Shown here: one piece after another, positions 34,838 to 41,704 of the stretch
How the letters are laid out: each line of letters begins with the position of its first letter
Numbering within the stretch: position 1 is the first letter of the stretch
From: Bacteroidota bacterium
GTDB taxonomy: Bacteria > Bacteroidota > Bacteroidia > NS11-12g > UBA955
DNA length: 41,704 nucleotides
Reading direction: 5' to 3'
Assembly (NCBI GenBank): GCA_046314695.1
Contig: JBKDBI010000306.1
Coordinates: 1-41,704, forward strand
Notes under the pieces: generated by a model
Told to the model about the DNA's origin: nothing
The model's database searches: none
The model's input: the letters and a program-made list of their open reading frames with translations, nothing else
Translations under genes and position numbers: made by a program

Positions 34838-34894
34838 CATACCACCCCTCGCCCCTCGCCTACCCGCGCGGGGCGGGATTGAAAGGAGAACAGG
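34838..34894 (+). repeat. Structured intergenic module G (first hairpin only)
   Basis: accacccctcgcccc-T-cgc-CTACCC-gcg-C-ggggcggg, ATTGA, AAGGAGAA. Confidence 0.8.
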
Positions 34895-35125
34895 ATGAAG
34901 GACGACGAATTTCAGTCGGTTCCGGCACACGTCTACCCCGGCAAAGTGACGGTGGTAGTTGCAAGGCTGGACGAAGCGAGCGGCAAGATTCATTGGCAAC
35001 GCCTCGTGTATGAGGAGGAGGTGTTTCCGAAGCACATGGCATTGGTGAAGGTGGATGTTGAGGAGGCGATGATGAAGGTGATGCGTCGAGTGCTACCGCC
35101 AACGGGAGGCACCACCAATGCCTAA
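34895..35125 (+). CDS. Hypothetical protein
   Basis: 76 aa; AAGGAG RBS. Confidence 0.7.
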   Translation: MKDDEFQSVPAHVYPGKVTVVVARLDEASGKIHWQRLVYEEEVFPKHMALVKVDVEEAMMKVMRRVLPPTGGTTNA

Positions 35126-35372
35126 CTCCCTACCCCTCGGCCCCGCCATGCAACTCGCTCGCATCACTGCCAACTACCACCCCACCAACAAGGGTGAACT
35201 GGCGAACCTTCACAAGATCGAACGACGCGGGCGTGACATGCTGCTGTCAACCCTCGTGGGTGCCATGAGCAAGTACGGCGGCGCGGTCTACATCGTGACC
35301 GCCAAGGGCACACACGTCCGCATCAGCGGTGTTGAGGACACGCTCGGCGCAGAGAAAGCGGGGCAGCCATGA
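35118..35372 (+). CDS. Hypothetical protein upstream of the integrase
   Basis: 84 aa; GGGAGG RBS; overlaps both neighbours. Confidence 0.65.
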   Translation: MPNSLPLGPAMQLARITANYHPTNKGELANLHKIERRGRDMLLSTLVGAMSKYGGAVYIVTAKGTHVRISGVEDTLGAEKAGQP

Positions 35373-36457
35373 TCCTCGTCACACCCCGTCGCAACGGCGC
35401 GAAGGGCTGGCGTGCCTGCTGGAAGCAAGCCCAGCCGGACGGCACTGTCCGCGAAGTCTACAGGCACATCGGCGACGTTACCAAGGCCAAGGCCCAACGG
35501 GTCTGCGCGGACATTCAACGCGAGCTTGACGAATCACCCCTCGCTGCGCCGTCGTCACTGTCGGCATGGTCGCGGCGGTTCTTTGAGTGCTGCGGGTCGC
35601 TGTCTGAGGACACCGAAGGGCTGTACACGCTGACCTTCACGCGACTGCTGGAACACTTTGGCGATGTGGAGCTAGGCGAAGTCACGGACGCGGACGCGAG
35701 GAGCTTCCTGACGTATCTGGAGGCACTACGCAAGCCGGACGGTACAGCTCTGTCCTCGTCGTCGATCAACCGGCACCTACGCGATGCGCGGCGGATATGG
35801 GCTATCGCTGTCGAGGCGAAGCTCTGCCGAGAGAACCCGTTCGCGTCGGCTGCGGCGCGTGAGGGGCGGGCGAAGCACAAGGTAGGGGTAGCGTTCACCC
35901 GCTACGTGCCCCTCTCCGAACTTGCCATGCTGCTGAAAGCGTGCCCCAGCGAGGACTGGCGGCTGGTGTTCCAAGTCGCACGGCTGGCAGGGCTGCGGCG
36001 CAACGAGATCGAGCGGCTGGAGTGGGGGAACATCGACCTGCAAGCCCGCACTATCACGGTCGAGGGCGATTTCGAGGACGGCGCATCGCGCGAGGGCACC
36101 AAGAAACGCCGCCGCGTGGTGCCCATCGTGCCCGAGTTGTACGACGTGCTGGCGAACCACCCCTCGCGGACGGGGCTGCTGGTGCAGGTCAACCAGAGCA
36201 ACTTCGAGCGTGACGCGCGCGGCATCGTGGAGCGGAGCGGAGTGGAGGACTACGGCAAGCCCCTGCACAGCTTGCGGGCGAGCTTTGCGAATGACATGAT
36301 GGACAGACACCCGATCCAGGACGTTGCGGAGTGGTTGGGCCACTCGGTAGAGGTCGCGATGCGGCACTACAGGCAACGGGAGCGGGCGAGTAGAATCGAC
36401 GCAGCCGTGAGCGTTCCGCTGTCAAAATCACATCGCACAACCCTAGCGATTGCATAG
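35369..36457 (+). CDS. int: Tyrosine recombinase / phage integrase
   Basis: GLRRNEI (R), TKK (K), HSLR (HxxR), LGHS (H), RHY (Y); SAM-like core-binding region ending in ENPF. Confidence 0.93.
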   Translation: MILVTPRRNGAKGWRACWKQAQPDGTVREVYRHIGDVTKAKAQRVCADIQRELDESPLAAPSSLSAWSRRFFECCGSLSEDTEGLYTLTFTRLLEHFGDVELGEVTDADARSFLTYLEALRKPDGTALSSSSINRHLRDARRIWAIAVEAKLCRENPFASAAAREGRAKHKVGVAFTRYVPLSELAMLLKACPSEDWRLVFQVARLAGLRRNEIERLEWGNIDLQARTITVEGDFEDGASREGTKKRRRVVPIVPELYDVLANHPSRTGLLVQVNQSNFERDARGIVERSGVEDYGKPLHSLRASFANDMMDRHPIQDVAEWLGHSVEVAMRHYRQRERASRIDAAVSVPLSKSHRTTLAIA

Positions 36458-36560
36458 GTTTGCAGGCAATCTTTCCGAATATCATCCCATATAACTTGCA
36501 ATTCACTCAGGCGCAATGTATCTTATGTTCGTGACGCAGGCCCCTATCAACACAATTTGC
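36420..36560. other. AT-rich gap after the integrase, candidate attP region
   Basis: Local drop in GC next to the 3' end of int; no core or arm sites could be defined. Confidence 0.3.
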
Positions 36561-36687
36561 CCGGAAGGATGCGAGAGCGTCTTTGGTGTCCCCTGCGTCA
36601 CGAACATGGGCACCACCGGGATTTCATCGAGAAACTTTGCAACGCGGCCAATGTCGCGCGGCGTTCGCACGGAAAGAGGAGGAAGTG

Positions 36688-37203
36688 ATGACCACCCCCC
36701 AGCCGGACAGCCCGGCCCCAGCAAAGATTGAACAGTGGCACGTCAAGTGGTACGCCCACGACGAGAAGATGCGTGCCGACATGCGTTCGGTCGGCATGAA
36801 CGCCGAGGCCGATACGCAGGCCCTTTCGTCTGACGGCGAGCGGCTTGTCTACAACGCCGATGGCAACGTGGTGTGTCGCGTCGATCCGACGAAGACGTTC
36901 AAGCGTGGTAAGGGGCACGAACACGCGGACGCAGCCCGCGATGCCCGCGCATCGTTGCTGGCATCCGCGCCCTCCCTCTACGCCTACGCGAAGGCTGTTC
37001 AGATTCGCAAGGCACTGTCTGACGCACTCATTGACGAGTTGACGGCGGACTCGCGCAAGCCTTCGGATGCCAGCAACGCAGCCAGCGAAGCGTTCCAATC
37101 ACATCTGGCCGCGATGGGATGGGACCGCAAGCAGTTTGCAGGCGACTTCCTTGAAACCTACCGCGCCGCCGCCCTCGCCCAAGCGGAGGGACGCAACCCA
37201 TGA
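36688..37203 (+). CDS. Hypothetical protein
   Basis: GAGGAGG RBS, start re-called at 36688; ARASLLASAPSLY resembles the motif in 33853..34317. Confidence 0.7.
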   Translation: MTTPQPDSPAPAKIEQWHVKWYAHDEKMRADMRSVGMNAEADTQALSSDGERLVYNADGNVVCRVDPTKTFKRGKGHEHADAARDARASLLASAPSLYAYAKAVQIRKALSDALIDELTADSRKPSDASNAASEAFQSHLAAMGWDRKQFAGDFLETYRAAALAQAEGRNP

Positions 37204-37610
37204 AATGCTCCCTTGCACTCATCGCCTGCGCGTTCCTCTCGCTGGGCGCTGGCTACTACGACCGCTACGCACGCATCCTCCCCGCCATCGAACACGTCGA
37301 GTCGTCCGGCCGCGCGGATGCGGTCGGTGACGGCGGGAAGGCTGTCGGGATTCTCCAGATTCACCCGGTGATGGTCGCGGATGTGAACCGCATCGTCGGT
37401 GAAGACCGCTGGACGTTGGAAGATCGGTTGTGCCCGGACGAAAGCCGCGCGATGTTCCGCGTGTACAGCAACCACTACTCGAAGGACGCGAGCGACGAGG
37501 TTGTCGCTAGGCGATGGAACTCCGGGCCACGCGGTGACCGCAAGAAGGCGACGGAGAAGTACTGGAAGAAGGTTCAGCGCGCGATGCGCGAGCAGGAGGC
37601 TGCCAAGTGA
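37200..37610 (+). CDS. Lysozyme-superfamily protein (lytic transglycosylase-like) with signal peptide
   Basis: AIEHVESSG (catalytic Glu), AVGILQI, ARRWNSGP; hydrophobic N-terminus MKCSLALIACAFLSLGAG. Confidence 0.8.
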   Translation: MKCSLALIACAFLSLGAGYYDRYARILPAIEHVESSGRADAVGDGGKAVGILQIHPVMVADVNRIVGEDRWTLEDRLCPDESRAMFRVYSNHYSKDASDEVVARRWNSGPRGDRKKATEKYWKKVQRAMREQEAAK

Positions 37611-38116
37611 ACACATGGAAGCAACATCCACGCTTTGCCAGCATTGAGGTTTCAGACGACGGGCTGATCCGCCGCACAAACCGCCAGCCGTACAGCCTGA
37701 CCAAAGACAAGGACGGCTATGTGCAGGTGGGTGCAAGAGTGAACGGTCGTCGCGTCACCATGAAGGTGCATCGCGCGGTTGCGGAGACGTTCATCGGTCC
37801 AGTAGTTGGCATGGACGTGAATCACCTCAACGGAGTCAAAGACGACAACCGTGTTTGCAACTTGCAGATTTGCACAAAGTCGGAGAACCACTTTCATGCC
37901 CGCCGCGTGCTGGGGCAATTGGTTGGCGAACGCAATGGTTGTGCCAAGCTGACCAACCAACAGGCCCAAGAGATTTACAACGCAATGCGTCGCGGCGAGA
38001 AGGCAAAGGACATAGCCGCACGCCACGGTGTTCAACCCAAAGAGTGCCGTCGCATTCTTCGCGGCGAGCGTTGGGCGCATGTGGTCAAGCGTGATGAACA
38101 GGAGAACAAGCAATGA
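37607..38116 (+). CDS. NUMOD4-HNH homing endonuclease-like protein
   Basis: WK..EVSDDG, VHRAVAETF, VNHLNGVKDDNRVCNL..SEN..H; C-terminal HTH-like segment. Confidence 0.9.
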   Translation: MNTWKQHPRFASIEVSDDGLIRRTNRQPYSLTKDKDGYVQVGARVNGRRVTMKVHRAVAETFIGPVVGMDVNHLNGVKDDNRVCNLQICTKSENHFHARRVLGQLVGERNGCAKLTNQQAQEIYNAMRRGEKAKDIAARHGVQPKECRRILRGERWAHVVKRDEQENKQ

Positions 38117-38631
38117 GCGATTTACCCAAGGGCGACGCGGCCCTCATCGCCGCAATCAACTCCGGCGCGCCCGTGCCGACGAACGAGCGGCAGGCGGGGG
38201 AACTCACGCAGCGTTGGGGGGTGTGGTACAGCACTCCAACCGAAGGCGCATGGTGCGAACCCACGTTTGGCAATGAATCGGACGCGATTCGATTTGAGCA
38301 GCGCAGCAACGCGAAGGCTCAGCGTTACGACCCGTCGTGTCGCTACGAAGTCCGCCCGTACACCGCCCCCTCGCCCACCCCACCCGCCGCGCCGGGTGAG
38401 TGGAAGGTGAAAGAGGCAACGGTGAACGTCGGCTGGTACGTAGACCACCCGCAGTACGCATCGCTGCACTGCATCACCAAGTCATACGCGGACTTCATCG
38501 CCACCCGCCTCAACCGCGCGGACGCGATGGAGCGGGCGTTGCGCAAGTGCATGTCGCTGATTGGACCGCTCGAAGCGACCAACAAACGGCTCGAAGCGTT
38601 CCAAGCTGCCGAAGCCGCCCTCCGCAAGTAA
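38113..38631 (+). CDS. Hypothetical protein (WGVW...YEVRPY family)
   Basis: 172 aa; AGGAG RBS. Confidence 0.7.
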   Translation: MSDLPKGDAALIAAINSGAPVPTNERQAGELTQRWGVWYSTPTEGAWCEPTFGNESDAIRFEQRSNAKAQRYDPSCRYEVRPYTAPSPTPPAAPGEWKVKEATVNVGWYVDHPQYASLHCITKSYADFIATRLNRADAMERALRKCMSLIGPLEATNKRLEAFQAAEAALRK

Positions 38632-38672
38632 CCCCTCCCTCCCCGCGTTGCCGGTGGGCGCGCGGGTGGGTT

Positions 38673-38765
38673 GACTCGGAAGCGAAATCAGGCCTCGCAC
38701 TGCAACGGAAGCCAGCGTTCGCTGAGTGGTTGCGGAGGATGCGGGTTCAAATCCCGCCCGAGTCA
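38673..38765 (+). ncRNA. tRNA-like RNA with a non-canonical extended anticodon arm
   Basis: Acceptor GACTCGG/CCGAGTC plus A; D arm GCGA/TCGC; T arm GCGGG-TTCAAAT-CCCGC; 5-nt variable loop; no 7-nt anticodon loop. Confidence 0.75.
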
Positions 38766-38816
38766 TTTCCTCTCTCTCCTTGCTGGCGGCATCCGCATGT
38801 CCCCGCCAGCACCTCG

Positions 38817-38850
38817 CTCCGCCGCCGACGAAAGGACGCGGCGGGGTTTT
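38817..38850 (+). terminator. Terminator-like hairpin downstream of the tRNA-like RNA
   Basis: ctccgccgc..GAAA..gcggcgggg then TTTT. Confidence 0.55.
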
Positions 38851-38862
38851 CAGGAGGATCAC

Positions 38863-39267
38863 ATGATCGAAGCACACGAAGTATCGGAAACGGTTGGAGA
38901 AGCGTTGGCCGCATGGGATGCAGGCAAGCCTGTTGTCACCATTGAAATGGGCGGCATGGGCGACGGGTACGAACACGCAATTCAATCGCTCGCGTTTGAG
39001 ATCATCCGCACTTGGCAGCACACGGTGCCGCAAGGTGAAGAAATCACCGACGAGCGATGGCGGCTGATGGGCATTGATCGCGACGGCATCGTTGCCCGCA
39101 TGGACAAAGAACACGGGTTTAGCGGCGCGCAGGTTGGTGCCGCCAGCAACTTGGCTGCGTGCGTCGTTCGCCGTGGCTATCGGAACGCGGTAATGGATTC
39201 GCGGCTCGATGCAGACCGCCGCATGTGGTGGACAAAGAGCGGTCGGCACGAGGTGCAACGTGCCTAA
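38863..39267 (+). CDS. Hypothetical protein
   Basis: AGGAGG RBS; start re-called at 38863 (MIEAHEVSETV...). Confidence 0.75.
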   Translation: MIEAHEVSETVGEALAAWDAGKPVVTIEMGGMGDGYEHAIQSLAFEIIRTWQHTVPQGEEITDERWRLMGIDRDGIVARMDKEHGFSGAQVGAASNLAACVVRRGYRNAVMDSRLDADRRMWWTKSGRHEVQRA

Positions 39268-39460
39268 CGAATGGCCCGACCGCACGACGTGGGCGGAGTC
39301 GATGGGATGCCTCGCGGCGATGGTGGACGCCTGGCACGACTCCCGCGCCGTGGGCGTGGACGTGAAGCTCGTGCGGTGCCCGGACTGCAAGGGCACGGAC
39401 GACGAGTGTGAGCGGTGCGAGGGGAGTGGTGAGGTTGTAGACGAAAGGAGCAAGCCATGA
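39260..39460 (+). CDS. Small protein with DnaJ-type CxxCxG zinc motifs
   Basis: GTG at 39260; CPDCKG...CERCEGSG. Confidence 0.6.
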   Translation: MPNEWPDRTTWAESMGCLAAMVDAWHDSRAVGVDVKLVRCPDCKGTDDECERCEGSGEVVDERSKP

Positions 39461-39672
39461 GCGACGAAGCGAAGAAGTGGGGAATCTGGATGAAGGACAA
39501 TACCGGAGGTGTCTTTCGTGAGTGTTGGACACTTCGCGGCGAGAGCCACGAGGTGTACGACAACAAGGCGGAGGCAGAGGAGTGGGTTCGCAAGTACAAC
39601 ACGTTCTTTGATAGCACTTCCTACGAGGTCCGCGAGTACACGCCCGCCGCGAGAGGGGGCAGCAGTGAGTGA
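39457..39672 (+). CDS. Hypothetical protein (WGIW...YEVREY family)
   Basis: 71 aa; AAGGAG RBS. Confidence 0.7.
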   Translation: MSDEAKKWGIWMKDNTGGVFRECWTLRGESHEVYDNKAEAEEWVRKYNTFFDSTSYEVREYTPAARGGSSE

Positions 39673-40045
39673 GACAACCACAACCTACGGCGTGTGGTAC
39701 ACCGACCGCGACGGCCAATCTGGTTGGTTTAGCAACTGCGGCCACACCGAGTTTCCGCTTGAACAAGCCACACGGATAGCCAAGCGCGCTCATGCTGATT
39801 CGGTCGGCACTGAGTACGCAGACACGACGTACGCCGTCGTCCCGTACGAAGGCGTTGTACGCAAGTCCGAACTCAACACCCTCGCCGCCGAGAACGCGAG
39901 GTTGCGGGAGTCCATGTTGGAACTGCTGCGGCTTGCGATGGACCCGAAGTGCACGGGCTATGTCAAGCGAGACAGCAAGGGCGACATTGGCAGCATTCGC
40001 AGAGCGGGCGACATCATCGAAGACGCGAAAGCGTTGTTGAAGTAA
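39665..40045 (+). CDS. Hypothetical protein (YGVW...YAVVPY family) with coiled coil
   Basis: GTG at 39665 after GAGGGGG. Confidence 0.65.
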   Translation: MSETTTTYGVWYTDRDGQSGWFSNCGHTEFPLEQATRIAKRAHADSVGTEYADTTYAVVPYEGVVRKSELNTLAAENARLRESMLELLRLAMDPKCTGYVKRDSKGDIGSIRRAGDIIEDAKALLK

Positions 40046-40242
40046 CCACCCCCCCGGCGCGAGCCGGGCCTCTACCACGGCTTGCCAGCAGTCGTCACCA
40101 CGGCCCTCGGGATTCCGAGCAAGCAGGACGCTGGCCTCTGTCTCGGCTCGGATACGTCCGTGCTGAGGCATTCTCGAAGGCGGCTTGTTGCCGCGATTGA
40201 CTCCGCTTGCGTCCACGAGCGCAGGCGGGGTTTGGATAGACC
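40046..40242 (+). other. Multi-hairpin intergenic region (candidate ncRNA or leader)
   Basis: cccggc-GCGA-gccggg; ctcgg-gatt-ccgag; gtctcggc-t-cgga-TACG-tccg-t-gctgaggc; gcggc-ttgtt-gccgc; ctccgcttgcg..cgcaggcgggg-TTT. Confidence 0.45.
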
Positions 40243-41133
40243 ATGAACAACGACTTTGACATCTTCGCAAAGCACACGCTCGAAGTTCACACCACCGAAC
40301 TCACCGCATCCTGCATGAAAGCCGTGCAGTTGCGTCACGAGGGCAAGGTGCTTGGCGAGACAGGGCAGGCGTTGTTCAAGGGCGTGGTTGGGCACGAGAT
40401 GCTTCGTCGGCTGCACGAGGGCCGCGAAGTCGGCACCACCGACCAACTGACAGCATGGGCTATCGCACAGCAGAAGGCAGAGAACATGCCGTGCAGCGAA
40501 TCGGTGAAGACGAACGCCGCCGAGTATGTGCGTGAGACAGCCGCCGTCGTCAGTGAGTATCAACACCGCCTGCTTGCCAACACCAACACCATCGGCTGCG
40601 AATTGCCCGTGCGTGCCACCATTGAAATCGACGGCGAGGAAGTGAACTTCGCTTCACACATCGACTGGCTGGGCAAGGTCGATGGCGTGCTAACCGTGCG
40701 CGACTGGAAGTTCCGCGAAGAACGTGCCACCCGCGCGTACATGCAACGCAACATGCAGATGGCGGCTTACTGGTGGGTGTTGCGTAACGGCCAGGTGAAC
40801 ATCGGCGGCGAGTGGTTCACCATGCAGCAGGATGTGCAGGTCGAACTCATCGACATGTGGAACTTGAAGCCATACGCGAAGAAAACAAACGGCATCGACG
40901 ACAACGGCGAGCCGCGTGAGTTTCAGAAGGGCGACACGCGACCGCTTCACAGCATCGTGAGTCGCGGCAACTTCAAGGACGATGCTGCTTTTCTCAGTGA
41001 GTTTGCCACGCGCGTCAGGATGATGCGCGCTGGCCTTTGGCCGACGAACCCCGATCCGCAGGGCTGCATGACTTGTCAGTCACGAACCGCGTGCCCTGCG
41101 TTCGGATGGGAGAACGACGATGAAATTGTCTGA
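40243..41133 (+). CDS. PD-(D/E)XK nuclease, Cas4/AddB-like
   Basis: E, HIDW, VRDWK, QMAAY; N-terminal Cys plus C-terminal CMTC-x5-C (four-Cys Fe-S-type staple). Confidence 0.85.
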   Translation: MNNDFDIFAKHTLEVHTTELTASCMKAVQLRHEGKVLGETGQALFKGVVGHEMLRRLHEGREVGTTDQLTAWAIAQQKAENMPCSESVKTNAAEYVRETAAVVSEYQHRLLANTNTIGCELPVRATIEIDGEEVNFASHIDWLGKVDGVLTVRDWKFREERATRAYMQRNMQMAAYWWVLRNGQVNIGGEWFTMQQDVQVELIDMWNLKPYAKKTNGIDDNGEPREFQKGDTRPLHSIVSRGNFKDDAAFLSEFATRVRMMRAGLWPTNPDPQGCMTCQSRTACPAFGWENDDEIV

Positions 41134-41704
41134 ACAGTGCGACAAGATCGCAGCCGCTTTGGTGTCTATTGGTGACGACGTGCGATTCGTCGGCAAGAGC
41201 GGCAACAACTCGTATGACAAGTACGACTACGCCAAGCTCGATGACTTTGTGCGTGCGTGCGCCGCCGCAATGAAGCAGCACAGGGTGACAGTGCTTGCGT
41301 CGCAGCCCGAGACTGTTCCGTGTGAGGATCGGACGACGAAGAACGGCGGCAAGGAACACGTTGTTCGCGTTCGCGTTCTCATGCGTGCGCTGCACACAAG
41401 CGGACAGTGGGCAGAGATTGAAGTGTGGGGCGAAGGGCAGGACCGCGCGGACAAGTCCGTTTACAAGGCAAACACGGGCGCACGCAAGTACGGCTACGCG
41501 ATGCTGTTCGGGCTGGCTACGAGCGACGACCCCGAAGCTGACGAGTCGGTCGGCACGGCGGCACCAGCAGCACAACGCGCCGTCGCACCCAGTATGAGCG
41601 CAGACGAGTGCAAGGCATTGCTCGCGAAGTGGACGGGAATCAAGGAACCCAAGGAACTGCAAGCCGCCGGCGTGAAGTGTTTCTCGCTCGCTGGCGTGCA
41701 GCTG
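41120..41704 (+). CDS. erf: ERF-family single-strand annealing protein, 3'-truncated (not in ORF track)
   Basis: MKLSEQCDKIAAAL...KYDYAKLDD...LHTSGQW...GQDRADKSVYKANTGARKYGYAMLFGLATSDDPE; open to the window end. Confidence 0.88.
   Translation, partial: MKLSEQCDKIAAALVSIGDDVRFVGKSGNNSYDKYDYAKLDDFVRACAAAMKQHRVTVLASQPETVPCEDRTTKNGGKEHVVRVRVLMRALHTSGQWAEIEVWGEGQDRADKSVYKANTGARKYGYAMLFGLATSDDPEADESVGTAAPAAQRAVAPSMSADECKALLAKWTGIKEPKELQAAGVKCFSLAGVQL

Larger units (their letters stand above)
1..36457 (+). mobile_element. T7-like podophage genome segment (RNA polymerase, virion operon, early region and integrase); phage genes continue to the right edge of the window
   Basis: Contiguous single-subunit RNAP, portal, scaffold, capsid, gp11/gp12-like, internal virion and terminase genes; no host housekeeping genes anywhere in the window. 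Confidence 0.93.

Noticed and set aside
31788-34894. CRISPR array
   Set aside because: Repeats are degenerate, 50-120 nt long and separated by 200-800 nt ORFs rather than uniform spacers; no cas operon
32048-34894. Canonical integron attC sites
   Set aside because: No GTTRRRY box pairing with RYYYAAC and no IntI-specific insertion in the integrase; kept only as an analogy
36556-36577. tRNA 3'-end fragment as attP core (reverse strand ATCCTTCCGGGCA)
   Set aside because: Too short and lacks the TTCRA T-loop; cannot be told from chance without a host genome
38673-38765. Functional canonical tRNA or tmRNA
   Set aside because: No 7-nt anticodon loop with U33; too short for tmRNA, with no tag ORF and no G3-U70 pair
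40243-41133. CRISPR-associated Cas4
   Set aside because: Adjacent to ERF as a typical phage exonuclease/annealase pair; no cas1/cas2 or array
1-41704. Diversity-generating retroelement, retron or stop-codon reassignment
   Set aside because: No reverse transcriptase motifs or TR/VR pair seen; core genes are intact in the standard code and all three stop codons are used

Overview
The window is most of a GC-rich T7-like (Autographiviridae-type) podophage genome, cut inside a gene at each end and probably temperate. Order on the + strand: a partial beta-helix protein, a single-subunit RNA polymerase directly upstream of the virion operon (portal, scaffold, major capsid, a block of accessory virion and lysis-like genes, two tail tubular A paralogs, tail tubular B, three internal virion proteins, small and large terminase), a metallophosphoesterase and a DNA methyltransferase. 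A short minus-strand cluster and a low-complexity probable genome-end region follow. A near-consensus sigma70 promoter then drives an early region with small ORFs, a tyrosine integrase, a lysozyme-like protein, an HNH nuclease, a Cas4/AddB-like nuclease and an ERF annealing protein. The most notable signal is in the early region (31.8-34.9 kb): seven intergenic modules share a covarying hairpin architecture (hairpin with a fixed pyrimidine-C mismatch, U-rich linker, hairpin with an RHYGT loop, hairpin with a CGCAAA loop, then GGAGAA). Each module precedes an unrelated small ORF, and the array ends near the integrase. A related element lies upstream of the capsid gene. Also notable are a 93-nt tRNA-shaped RNA with no anticodon loop, non-canonical RNA polymerase motifs B and C, and no tail fibre gene at the usual position. 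All family assignments come from motif recognition by eye; no searches or folding programs were run.
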